The translations under genes and the position numbers were made by a program. A DNA stretch of 64,000 nucleotides from a bacterium (GTDB taxonomy: Bacteria > Orphanbacterota > Orphanbacteria > JBJXGV01), in the NCBI GenBank assembly GCA_046160485.1, contig JBJXGV010000070.1:13154-77153 (forward strand), given 5' to 3'. The notes beneath the pieces are model-generated. The model saw nothing but the letters and a program-made list of their open reading frames with translations. It had not been told where the DNA came from and did no database searches. Positions 1 to 8,745 of this stretch are shown here, piece after piece; the first letter of the stretch is position 1, and the number at the start of each line of letters is the position of its first letter.

Positions 1-258
1 CCCGGCACCGTGATGCCGCGCGCGAACGCCGAGTAGAGGTGCAGATGCGCGTTGACGAAGCCGGGGAGGATGACGCATCCGCGTGCGTCGATTGCGGGCG
101 TCTTCGTGTGCCGCGCCGCGAGCGCCGCCGCGCCCGGAGCGCCGACCACCTCGTCGACGGCACCGTCGCGAATCGATAGCGCGCCGCCATCGAGGACGCG
201 GCCCGATTCGTCGAGCGTGACGATCGTGCCGCCCGTCACGAGCAGGTCCGCGCTCATC
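1..258 (-). CDS. Amidohydrolase-family deaminase/chlorohydrolase (MtaD/guanine-deaminase-like), N-terminal 86 aa only; 3' end lies beyond window start
   Basis: Reverse-strand translation from ATG at 256-258 reads MSADLLVTGGTIVTLDESG...ILPGFVNAHLHLYSAF, the classic amidohydrolase N-terminus with metal-binding HxH. Short unlisted frame found by hand. Confidence 0.6.
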
Positions 259-270
259 GCCGCATCGCCT

Positions 271-1431
271 CTACTGAAACGTCGCCTTCTCTTCGAGGTA
301 GGAATCGTCGTCGAGGTCGAAGTACTCGCCGATCACGCGATCCATCTCGACGATCGCCTTCTTGAGCAGCTCGCGCTTCTCCTGATAGCGCAGAAACGCG
401 CTTCGATAGCCATTGATGACAATATGCCGCAGCTCGTACGGATTCAGGTCGAACGCGCGCGTCGCCAGATGCAGTTCCTTCGTCATCGTCGTGTCGGAGA
501 TCAGCCGGTTGTCCGTGTTGAGCGTCACGCGCAATCCTGCCTCGTGGTAGATGCGAAACGGATGTTCCTCGAGGTTTTCGACGACGCGCGTGTGCACGTT
601 CGACGAGAGGCAGATCTCGAGCGGAATGCGATGGTCGCAGACGAACGCCATCAGGTCGCGATCTTCATGAAGAAGCGTGCCGTGGCCGATGCGGTGCGCG
701 CCGCAATAGTGCAGCGCCTGGTGAATCGACTTCGGCCCGAACGCCTCCCCCGCATGCACCGTCGTGTTGATGTTGTTGTTCAGGATTCGGTAAAACGCCT
801 CGCGATGCTTCTTCGCGGGGTAATCCTTCTCTTGTCCCGCGAGATCGAACGCGACGACACCGGCGTTCTTGTAAGCGATCGCGAGCTCCGCAAGCTCGAG
901 CGAAACGTCGGGCGAGATCTGGCGAATGCCGCAGATGATCACGCCGGTGCGAATTCCCGTCTCCGCCTCGGCGCGCTTGAGCCCCCGCAAAACAGCGTCG
1001 ACCGAATCCGCGGTCTCCATCTTCCGCTCGAGGTGCAAGACCGGCGAGTAGCGCACCTCCATGTACCAGATGTTCTCGGCGGCCGCGTCGATCCCGAGTT
1101 CGTACGCCGCGCGCTCGAGCCCCTCCGGCTCCTGCAGAACCTTGAGCGTGATATCGAAGATGCGCAGGTAGTCGACGAGACTCTTGCAGTCGTCGCCGAC
1201 GAGGAGCATTCTCGCGAGCTCCGCCTGCGACCGCGCGCCGAGATCGACGCCCTGCTGCTTCGCCAGGTCCCAAATCGTCGGGATGCGCATCGATCCATCG
1301 ACGTGCACGTGCAGGTCCGTCTTCGGAATCCGCGCGATCATCTCCATCGGGAGCCCGCGCACTTTTCCGCCCGCCCCTTTCTTCGTGTTTCCTTTCTTGT
1401 CGCCGCCCGAGCGCGCTTTCTTGTCCGGCAC
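271..1431 (-). CDS. add: Adenosine deaminase
   Basis: 386-aa ORF with DLHVHVDGS metal-binding motif near N-terminus and TLNTDN motif near C-terminus, typical of adenosine deaminase. Lys-rich N-terminal 28 aa; true start may be the internal Met near 1347. Confidence 0.8.
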   Translation of the reverse strand: MPDKKARSGGDKKGNTKKGAGGKVRGLPMEMIARIPKTDLHVHVDGSMRIPTIWDLAKQQGVDLGARSQAELARMLLVGDDCKSLVDYLRIFDITLKVLQEPEGLERAAYELGIDAAAENIWYMEVRYSPVLHLERKMETADSVDAVLRGLKRAEAETGIRTGVIICGIRQISPDVSLELAELAIAYKNAGVVAFDLAGQEKDYPAKKHREAFYRILNNNINTTVHAGEAFGPKSIHQALHYCGAHRIGHGTLLHEDRDLMAFVCDHRIPLEICLSSNVHTRVVENLEEHPFRIYHEAGLRVTLNTDNRLISDTTMTKELHLATRAFDLNPYELRHIVINGYRSAFLRYQEKRELLKKAIVEMDRVIGEYFDLDDDSYLEEKATFQ

Positions 1432-1448
1432 GAATTCCTCCTCGCGGC

Positions 1449-2045
1449 CTACGCCGTGGTTCCCCGCTCCTCGATTGCCATGATCTTCGCAACGCGCCGC
1501 TCATGCCGCCCGCCCGCAAACGGCGTCTCGACGAAAATACGCGCGATCGTCCGCGCAAGCCCGCGCTGAACACTCCCCGCGCCGAGCGCCAGCACGTTCG
1601 CATCGTTGTGCTCGCGCGCGTTTCGCGCCGTACGTTCGTCGTGGCAGAGCGCCGCGCGCACGCCGCGCACCTTGTTCGCCGCCATCGTCGAGCCGATCCC
1701 CGCGCCGTCGATGAGAAGCCCGAAGCGCGCCTCGCCGCTCGCCACGGAGCGCGCGACTGCGAGCGCCAGATCGGGGTAGTCGACGGCCTCCTCGGAGTGC
1801 GTTCCGTGGTCGATCACGCGCCAGGCGAGTTCTTCCTCGAGGAATCTCCGGAGCGTCTCCTTGAGTCGGTAGCCTCCGTGGTCGGCGCCGACGGCGATCG
1901 TCTTCGCGGGCGGCGCGGACGCGGCGTGCGGCGCGCGCGCCGCGGGCGCTGCGGCGGCACCGCGGCTCGGCGCTGCGCCGGCGGCCTCGGAGAGCGCCTC
2001 GATCACGAGTCGCCGGATCTCGCCGCGGTCGATCTCGCGCGTCAT
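1449..2045 (-). CDS. rpiB: Ribose-5-phosphate isomerase B (RpiB/LacA/LacB family)
   Basis: IAVGADHGGYRLKE and GLLIDGAGIGSTMAANKVRGVRAALCHD motifs; start 5 nt from the stop of the upstream kinase gene. About 45-aa Ala/Pro-rich N-terminal extension of uncertain reality. Confidence 0.75.
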   Translation of the reverse strand: MTREIDRGEIRRLVIEALSEAAGAAPSRGAAAAPAARAPHAASAPPAKTIAVGADHGGYRLKETLRRFLEEELAWRVIDHGTHSEEAVDYPDLALAVARSVASGEARFGLLIDGAGIGSTMAANKVRGVRAALCHDERTARNAREHNDANVLALGAGSVQRGLARTIARIFVETPFAGGRHERRVAKIMAIEERGTTA

Positions 2046-2049
2046 CGCT

Positions 2050-2688
2050 CTACGTCCTCGCCTCGGGCGCGCGCACGCTGCGCGGCAGCGCCGCCGCGAT
2101 CCAATGCCACGCCGTCTTGTTCGTCAGGAAATCGACCTCCTCCGCGGGAACGTGCACGACGTGCGTCTCGCGAGCGACGCGCTCAATCCACGTGTCGTAC
2201 GCGTCACCGAGCCGCGCGAGGTAGTCGCGATCGATCCGCTTCTCGTAATCGCGTCCGCGCGAACGCACACGCTCGAGCAGGAACTCCGGAGAGGCGCGCA
2301 GGTAGACGATCATGTCCGGCCGCTTCAAGTGACTCGTCAGAATCGCGTAGAGCCGCTGATACATCTGGTGGTCGACGTCGCTTAAGAGCCCCTGCGCGTG
2401 GAGCGCCGTCGCGAAGATCTCGCCGTCTTCGTAAATCGTCCGGTCGACGATGTAAAAACGCTCCTCGCGGCCGAGTTGTTCGAGCGCCTCGTAGCGCCGC
2501 GTGAGGAAGTAGATCTGCGAGTGAAACGCCCAGGCCTTCGGGTCGGCGTAGTACTTCTCCAAATACGGGTTCTCGATCGTCGGCTCCAGATAAGCGCGCC
2601 AACGGAGATTCTCCTCGAGGATCCGCGTGAGAGTCGACTTGCCCGCGCCGATGTTGCCCGCGATGCCGAGGAAGAAGCCGGAAGCCAT
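2050..2688 (-). CDS. Deoxynucleoside kinase (dAK/dGK/dCK family)
   Basis: Start placed at internal Met (MASGFFLGIAGNIGAGKSTL P-loop); conserved E-P and DRTIYED motifs. The listed 261-aa ORF carries an Arg-rich shadow extension. Confidence 0.8.
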   Translation of the reverse strand: MASGFFLGIAGNIGAGKSTLTRILEENLRWRAYLEPTIENPYLEKYYADPKAWAFHSQIYFLTRRYEALEQLGREERFYIVDRTIYEDGEIFATALHAQGLLSDVDHQMYQRLYAILTSHLKRPDMIVYLRASPEFLLERVRSRGRDYEKRIDRDYLARLGDAYDTWIERVARETHVVHVPAEEVDFLTNKTAWHWIAAALPRSVRAPEART

Positions 2689-2696
2689 CGGCCGCC

Positions 2697-3149
2697 TCAG
2701 CCCGGGCTCTTGAATCGGAAGCTGTCTGGGAGCAGTACGTCGAGTGTTTGCACGTCCACACGGCCCGCAAGATCGGACATGATCACGCGCAGCGCGCCGC
2801 CGAACTCGGAGAGCGCCTGGCGGCAGAGCCCGCACGGCCGGACGGGGCCGTCCGTGTCCGCGACGATCGCGATGGCGTCGAACTCGAGTTCGCCCGCTGT
2901 CACCGCCGCGAAGAGCGCCGCGCGCTCGGCGCAGACTGTCACGCCGTACGATGCGTTCTCGACGTTGACGCCGCGATACACACTGCCGGATCGCGCCAGA
3001 AGCGCCGCGCCGACAGGGAATCGTGAGTATGGCGCGTAGGCGTTCGCCCGAGCCGCCGCCGCCGCCGAGACGAGCGCGTTGTCATCCAACGGAGGCGCTC
3101 GCGTCGATCGGCTGAAAGCACGCGCGGCAGCGCGGCTCGTAGATCGCAC
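2697..3149 (-). CDS. cdd: Cytidine deaminase
   Basis: [11 protein letters not shown] and PCGLCRQ zinc-binding motifs. Maximal ORF overlaps tdk; the true start is probably a non-ATG codon near 3090. Confidence 0.75.
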   Translation of the reverse strand: MRSTSRAAARAFSRSTRAPPLDDNALVSAAAAARANAYAPYSRFPVGAALLARSGSVYRGVNVENASYGVTVCAERAALFAAVTAGELEFDAIAIVADTDGPVRPCGLCRQALSEFGGALRVIMSDLAGRVDVQTLDVLLPDSFRFKSPG

Positions 3150-3663
3150 CGCCGCCGATGACGACGCGCTCGTGCGATTCGATGAGGCGCTGCGATTTCG
3201 TCGCGGGGCGCCCGCACACGACGCATATCGCCGTCACCTTCGTGATCGAGTCGGCGATCGCGAGGAGCTGCGGAATCGGTTCGAAGGGCTTGCCGAGGTA
3301 ATCCTGGTCCAGTCCGGCGACGATGACGCGCACGCCGCGCGCGGCGAGCGCTTCGCAAACCTGCACGAGCGGCCCCGCGAGAAACTGCGCCTCGTCGATT
3401 CCGACGACGCGCGTGTCGGCGTCGACGAGATCGAGAAGTTCGTCAGCCCGCGAAACGGCGACGGACTCGACGGAGCGCGCATCGTGCGAGACGATCGTGT
3501 CCTTGGAGTAGCGCGTGTCGATCGCCGGCTTGAACGCCTGCACTTTTTGCCGCGCGATCGCGGCGCGGCGAAGGCGCCGGATCAGTTCCTCGCTCTTCCC
3601 GCTGAACATGCATCCGCAGATCACCTCGATCTGCCCGGACGACGAATCGATTCCTTCGATCAT
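3082..3663 (-). CDS. tdk: Thymidine kinase
   Basis: [17 protein letters not shown]-loop, VIGIDEAQF, and C-terminal CxxC...CxxC zinc ribbon (CVVCGRPA...PRCRAC). Confidence 0.85.
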   Translation of the reverse strand: MIEGIDSSSGQIEVICGCMFSGKSEELIRRLRRAAIARQKVQAFKPAIDTRYSKDTIVSHDARSVESVAVSRADELLDLVDADTRVVGIDEAQFLAGPLVQVCEALAARGVRVIVAGLDQDYLGKPFEPIPQLLAIADSITKVTAICVVCGRPATKSQRLIESHERVVIGGGAIYEPRCRACFQPIDASASVG

Positions 3664-3747
3664 GCGGCGATGCTATCAACCGCGGGCGCGCGGTGCAATC
3701 GCGAAGCCCGCGCCCTCGCCCGGGGATCTTCCGCGGATGCCCGCGAC

Positions 3748-5418
3748 TCACCTCTGCCGCGCCGCGGCCTTGTAGAGCTGCACGAAACCCGTTCCCGGCG
3801 AGACGAAGATCCTCTCGTACCCATACGAAAGCTGCTTGAGAATCCCCTTCGCGGCCAAGTTGTGCTCGTGCTCGGGGCCGAAGCCGCTGACGAGAATGTA
3901 GTCGACGCTCGCTCCGGTGCGCTTCGCGTAGTTGATGAAATCGACCCGCGGCGGCTCCGCCTCCATGTCGGGATCGGACCCGAATGCGCGGAACGGGTTC
4001 CGCTCGAACCGGTATCGGACCGGGAATACCGAGGTGTTCGCTTCGTAGTTGCGCACGTCGATTGCGCCTCGCTCCGCTGCGATGGCGGCGCCGGTGTGGA
4101 GAAATGGCTTGATGCGAGTCGAGAGCGGGCTTCCGTCCGCCGAGCGTCCGCGATGCGAGAAGCCGAGCGAGAGAATCGTTGAGTTCGGCGCAACCAGAGG
4201 CGCTGCGGTCAGACTCTCCGCGAGCAACTCGCCGGCGGCGAGGATCGTCGGCTGCCGCGCCAGCAAGAAGGCGATCCCGAACGCGAAGCCCGAGACGGCG
4301 GCGGTGCGCGCTATCCACGGCCGTAACGGCGCGCTTCCGATCGCGATGATGAGGGCCAGGACGGCGAACACCAGGATGCGGCCATTGACGTACCAGCATC
4401 CTCCGACTCCGGACGGCGCCGCGAAGTAGAGAGCGAAAAGGCTCGCCGCCGCCGCGAACAGACCCGCCGAGGGGACGCTGTCGGAATCCCGGCGGCGGAC
4501 GATCAACGCGAGTGCGAAGAGAAGCGCGAGGCAGGCTGCGTACGCAATTCCGAAGGGACGCTCGTTTTCGTTGAGCGCCACGAGCGGATCCATCGTCATG
4601 AGCTCTCGCGTCAGTTTCGCCGTTGAGACCCAACCCACTCCATGCGACTCTCCGTTGCGCTGATAGATGGCGAAGAGGGCGATCGCAGGGAGTGCTGCGA
4701 CGAGTGGCGCCAAAAGCCGGGCGCGCAGCGATCCGGGCGGCGAAGTTTCCGCGGCCCCGTTCGCCGGCCGGCCCCGATGCCGGATGCGATCAGACACCGT
4801 TGTCCAGAGGGTGACCGCTCCGATCACGAGGCCGAGCGCCCCGAGCGCGATGAGATGGCTCGCGTAGAGAAGCAGGCAGAACACCATGAACAGGCCGATC
4901 TGCCGCCAGGTCCGAAGGCCGCCGCGACGGAGCCAATAACCGAACGCCACGCACCAGACGACCACGCCGAGGCAGAAGTTGTAGAAGCCCATCTGTAGGT
5001 GCCAGCTCAGAATGAACGGGGTCGACAGAAGCGCTAGCGACGCGGCGCTCGTCCGTGTCGAGCCCAGGGCGAACCGCACTGCGAGCGCGAACGCGATGAC
5101 GTAGGTCGAGAGGAATACTTTTTCGGCGACGACCGGGGAGAACATCGTCAGAAGAAACGCCAGTGTGGCGTGGCCGAGCCAATTCGGACTTGGCGTGGCG
5201 TTCACCTCGTAGTACTCCCCGAACGCTGGCGATTCCGGATCTGAGATTCGAAGCAGGGCATCGGCGTTGTGAAGGTGCGCGGGCCCATCTTGGGTTGGGA
5301 AGCGCGCAGGCCACCAGATCAGCGCCACGTGAAGCAGGATGATCGTCGCAAGGCCGATGTCCGGCAGGGCGAGGAAGCGACTCGCCCCCCGGGGGTTCAC
5401 GGACTCACTTCCATTCAT
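3748..5418 (-). CDS. Polytopic membrane protein of unknown function embedded in the nucleoside operon
   Basis: Many hydrophobic helices ([26 protein letters not shown] etc.) and a C-terminal soluble domain. Start set at internal ATG 5416-5418 (MNGSESV) to avoid deep overlap with deoB. Confidence 0.5.
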   Translation of the reverse strand: MNGSESVNPRGASRFLALPDIGLATIILLHVALIWWPARFPTQDGPAHLHNADALLRISDPESPAFGEYYEVNATPSPNWLGHATLAFLLTMFSPVVAEKVFLSTYVIAFALAVRFALGSTRTSAASLALLSTPFILSWHLQMGFYNFCLGVVVWCVAFGYWLRRGGLRTWRQIGLFMVFCLLLYASHLIALGALGLVIGAVTLWTTVSDRIRHRGRPANGAAETSPPGSLRARLLAPLVAALPAIALFAIYQRNGESHGVGWVSTAKLTRELMTMDPLVALNENERPFGIAYAACLALLFALALIVRRRDSDSVPSAGLFAAAASLFALYFAAPSGVGGCWYVNGRILVFAVLALIIAIGSAPLRPWIARTAAVSGFAFGIAFLLARQPTILAAGELLAESLTAAPLVAPNSTILSLGFSHRGRSADGSPLSTRIKPFLHTGAAIAAERGAIDVRNYEANTSVFPVRYRFERNPFRAFGSDPDMEAEPPRVDFINYAKRTGASVDYILVSGFGPEHEHNLAAKGILKQLSYGYERIFVSPGTGFVQLYKAAARQR

Positions 5419-6628
5419 CGAGAAAGCTGCGCCCTGGGCCGGGGTTCCTGACGGCAAAGAAGTCCGCGATGGTCGCAGCCAGGTCGGCGAACGTGTCGCG
5501 CAAACCGAGGTCGCGCCCGATCGGCGTCGAAGCGCGTGCGCTCCCATCCTCGATTCCTCGCGGCGTGGCCGCTCCGCCTATGAAAAGCAGCGGCACGAGT
5601 TCGCGCGAATGGTCCGTCGACGGCGTCGTGGGATCGCAGCCGTGGTCCGCGGTAAAGACAAGGCGGTCGCCGGGGCCGAGCGCGTCGATGAGCGCGGGAA
5701 CACGCGCGTCGATCTCCTCGAGAGCGCGAGCGTAGCCGGCGGTGTCGTTGCGATGGCCCCACAACATGTCGGTCTCGACGAGATTCGTGAAAAGAAATCC
5801 GCGCTCGAGTTCGGCGAGCCCGTCGAGCGTCGCGTCGAGGCACTCGGCGTTCGACTTCCCTCCGAGCGAACACGTTATGCCGCGCCCCGCGAAGATGTCG
5901 GGAATCTTGCCGACGCCCCAGACGGGAACGTGTGCCGCCTCGAGGACCTCGCAGATCGTCGGCGAAAGCGGCGGGAGCGAGAAGTCGTGGCGCCGCGGCG
6001 TGCGCGCGTACGCGCCGCTCTCCCCCGCGAAGGGCCGCGCGATCACACGGCCCACGGCGTGCGGGCCGGTGAGAATGCCGCGCGCCGTCTGACAGATCGC
6101 GTACAACTCCTTGACGGGAATCACCTCTTCGTGAGCTGCGATCTGGAAGACGCTGTCCGCCGACGTGTAAACGATCGGCTTGCCGGTGCGGCGATGTTCG
6201 TCGCCGAATTCCTCGATGATCGCGGTGCCTGACGCCGCGCGGTTCGCGAGCACGCCGCGGCCGATCGCCGCCTCGAACGGCTCGAGCACCTCGCGCGGAA
6301 ATCCGTTCGGGTACGTTGGAAACGCGCGATCCACGACGCACCCCGCCATCTCCCAATGCCCGCTCGTCGTGTCCTTCCCGTGGCTCCGCTCGCGCATCCG
6401 GCCGAACGAAGCACGCGGCGCGAGCGACGGCGGAACGCCCGCGATGTCGAGCAGATTCCCGAGCCCGAGCGATTGAAAGTTTGGAAGCCGCAGCCCGCCG
6501 ACAACGCGCGACAAATTACCGAGCGTGTTCGATCCGAGATCGCCGTACTCCGCCGCGTCGGGCGCCGCTCCAGCGCCGACTCCGTCGAGGACGATCACGA
6601 CGAACCGAACAGGAGGGCGCGAACTCAT
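5405..6628 (-). CDS. deoB: Phosphopentomutase
   Basis: N-terminal [13 protein letters not shown] and C-terminal TADHGCDPT motifs of the DeoB/alkaline-phosphatase superfamily; 407 aa. Confidence 0.85.
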   Translation of the reverse strand: MSSRPPVRFVVIVLDGVGAGAAPDAAEYGDLGSNTLGNLSRVVGGLRLPNFQSLGLGNLLDIAGVPPSLAPRASFGRMRERSHGKDTTSGHWEMAGCVVDRAFPTYPNGFPREVLEPFEAAIGRGVLANRAASGTAIIEEFGDEHRRTGKPIVYTSADSVFQIAAHEEVIPVKELYAICQTARGILTGPHAVGRVIARPFAGESGAYARTPRRHDFSLPPLSPTICEVLEAAHVPVWGVGKIPDIFAGRGITCSLGGKSNAECLDATLDGLAELERGFLFTNLVETDMLWGHRNDTAGYARALEEIDARVPALIDALGPGDRLVFTADHGCDPTTPSTDHSRELVPLLFIGGAATPRGIEDGSARASTPIGRDLGLRDTFADLAATIADFFAVRNPGPGRSFLDEWK

Positions 6629-7383
6629 CGGCGCGCGCTCCGTGCGGCGTCGACGAGCCGCCGCACGCGCGCCGCATCGACGGGGTTCGATGTGATGCCA
6701 CCCTGCTTCACGCTCGTGCCGACGATCGCCGCGTCGACGAATGGCGCGAGCGCCGCGGCATTCCCTTCGGCGAGGCCGCTTCCGAGGACGAGGCGCGCGC
6801 CGGGCGCGGCGTGACGAACCGATGCAAGGTACTCCGCGTCAGGCGCCGAGCCTGTGGCGGCGCCGGAGACGACGATCGCATCCGCGCCGGCGCGCCCCGA
6901 CAGCTCGGCGAGTTCCACCTTCGCATCGCGCTCGCCGAGCGGCGCGGCGTGCTTCGCGCGAAAGTCGGCCCACACCTCGACTCGGGCGCCGATCGCGCGG
7001 CGCCGCCTCATGATGGCGTGCGACTCGCCGCGCAGAAGCCCCTCGCCCGCTACCGCCAGCCCCGCGAACACGTTGACTCGAATAAACCGCGCACCCGTCG
7101 CCGCTGCGATGGCGAGCGCGGAGAGCGCGTCGTTCCGAAGCACCTGCACTCCGACCGGCGCCGGGCTCAGCGCGACGATGCGCGCGACGATCACCGACAT
7201 CGCTGCGACGGTGATTGCGTCGACGCGCCGCGGAACGAACGGCGTGTCGCCGTAGTTCTCGACAAGAAGCGCCGCGACGCCGCCGTCCAACAAGGCGCGG
7301 GCGTCCGCCACAGCAAGCTCGGCGATCTCGTGCACGGAGTGTTCAGCGCGCGGGCTTCCCGGCAGCGGTGCCAGGTGCACCAT
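6625..7383 (-). CDS. BtpA/SgcQ-family TIM-barrel protein
   Basis: Start at internal Met ([11 protein letters not shown]..., ATG at 7381-7383); the upstream 228 codons of the listed ORF are Arg-rich shadow. 4-nt overlap with the deoB start. Confidence 0.65.
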   Translation of the reverse strand: MVHLAPLPGSPRAEHSVHEIAELAVADARALLDGGVAALLVENYGDTPFVPRRVDAITVAAMSVIVARIVALSPAPVGVQVLRNDALSALAIAAATGARFIRVNVFAGLAVAGEGLLRGESHAIMRRRRAIGARVEVWADFRAKHAAPLGERDAKVELAELSGRAGADAIVVSGAATGSAPDAEYLASVRHAAPGARLVLGSGLAEGNAAALAPFVDAAIVGTSVKQGGITSNPVDAARVRRLVDAARSARR

Positions 7384-7436
7384 CCCGATGATCGGAAACA
7401 CCTCGGCGTCGAGTGACCACGGCGTCGCGTGCGCCA

Positions 7437-8696
7437 CTACGCCCGCTCCCCATCGCCGGCGCCGTCGCACCGAGATCCACGCAGCGCCGCCCCTTCGCCG
7501 CGCCCGCGCGGTGCCGCCGCGATCCCCTTCGTCTGCGCAAGAGACGCCGCGATGGCCGAGTGCGCGCGCCGTTTGACCGCGATCATCTCGGCGACGATCG
7601 ATACGGCGATCTCTTCGGGCGTCACGGCGCCAATATCGAGCCCGATCGGTGCGTGAAGCGCCAAGAGCCGCGCTTCGGGAATACCGCGCGCGAGCAACTG
7701 CGCCGCGGCGCGCTCGTGCTTTCTGCGGCTGCCGATTACGCCGAGGTAGCGAGTCGGCGGCAAGCGCAAGAGTCCCTCGAGCACCTGCTCGTCGTACTGG
7801 TGGCCGCGCGTTGCAAGAACGACGAAGTCGTGCGGCGCGAAGTCGACGCGCTCCGAAAGCTCCGCATAACCGGGAAGGACGATGCGGCGCGCGCCCGGAA
7901 AACGCTCGGCGGCGACGTACTTCTCGCGGTCGTCGACGACTGTGACTTGAAATCCCGCAGCGGTCGCGGCGGCGTGCACCGCGCGCGATACGTGCCCGGC
8001 GCCGATCAAGACAACGCGCGGGCGACCCACGACCGGTTCGAGATAGATCGCGCCGCCCGCCGCCCATGCAGAGCGTTCGTCGCGCACGGCGCTCATGGCA
8101 GTCGAGTGCAGCGCTTGCGGAAGCACCGCCAGACCGAGCAGGGGTTCGCCCTCTTCGCCGAGAACGATCCGCGCGGGAGCAGACGCGCCGCTCGCGCGAT
8201 CGCGCGGTGCCGCCGGTTCCGCGCGTGTTCCGATGAGCGGCGGCCCGCCATCGGAGAAAATTCGCGCGAGCACGCTCGTCGTTCCCAACTCGGTGCGGCG
8301 CTCGAGCAACTCACAAAGCGCGATGTCGCCCAATTCGAGCCGTTCCAGGAGAATCTCGACGGTTCCTCCGCAAACCATCCGCAATTCTTCTTCGGTTTCG
8401 GTCAATGTGAACACAACGCGCGCCCACCCTCCGGCCGCGCGCAGCTTCTGCGCCTCGCGCTGCACCTCCGCTTCGAGACAGCCGCCGCCAACGGTACCAA
8501 TCGCTTCGCCCGTATCGGAGACGAAGAGGCGCGACAGCACGGGCGCGGGCGTCGAGCCATGCACCGACGCGATCGTCGCCATCACGCCGCCGCCACACCG
8601 CGCCAATTGTTGCGCGCATTCACCAAAATGATTTCGAGAAGACACCGCGTCGCACTCCTCTCTGACGAGATCTGGTATCATGATATCACTTCGCAC
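7437..8696 (-). CDS. XdhC/CoxI-family accessory protein
   Basis: N-terminal VMATIASVHGSTPAP...TVGGGCLEAEV and central Rossmann-like VVLIGAGHVSRAV motifs typical of XdhC. Start may be 8681 or 8696. Confidence 0.65.
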   Translation of the reverse strand: MRSDIMIPDLVREECDAVSSRNHFGECAQQLARCGGGVMATIASVHGSTPAPVLSRLFVSDTGEAIGTVGGGCLEAEVQREAQKLRAAGGWARVVFTLTETEEELRMVCGGTVEILLERLELGDIALCELLERRTELGTTSVLARIFSDGGPPLIGTRAEPAAPRDRASGASAPARIVLGEEGEPLLGLAVLPQALHSTAMSAVRDERSAWAAGGAIYLEPVVGRPRVVLIGAGHVSRAVHAAATAAGFQVTVVDDREKYVAAERFPGARRIVLPGYAELSERVDFAPHDFVVLATRGHQYDEQVLEGLLRLPPTRYLGVIGSRRKHERAAAQLLARGIPEARLLALHAPIGLDIGAVTPEEIAVSIVAEMIAVKRRAHSAIAASLAQTKGIAAAPRGRGEGAALRGSRCDGAGDGERA

Positions 8697-8745
8697 AGTG
8701 CGAAGATCGACCCCCGTCGAACGCCATCAACCTCGGAGTCACAAG

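Noticed and set aside
52-1569. 505-aa plus-strand ORF, and similar long ORFs at 665-1603, 1503-2504, 3443-4633, 6316-7416, 7413-8942, 8845-10506, 10513-12096, 13041-14291, 15274-16554, 16271-17401, 17429-18871, 19816-21429, 22911-24868, 24969-26939, 27127-28840, 29520-30893, 34753-35793, 36914-37804, 40790-43790, 44208-45338, 47465-48688, 50500-52921
   Set aside because: Translations are dominated by Arg, Ala, Gly, Pro and lack any family motif. Each lies antisense or out of frame to an ORF with clear conserved motifs. This is the expected behaviour of 70% GC DNA, where stop codons are rare in all frames.
6625-8067. 480-aa reading of the BtpA ORF, and the 747-aa reading of ppx (13038-15281), 435-aa reading of tmk-like (14582-15889), 462-aa reading of tdh (42219-43607), 764-aa reading of the O-antigen ligase (38276-40570)
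   Set aside because: In each case the conserved N-terminal motif of the family begins at an internal start codon, and the upstream extension is Arg-rich and overlaps the neighbouring real gene. Starts were moved to the internal codon.
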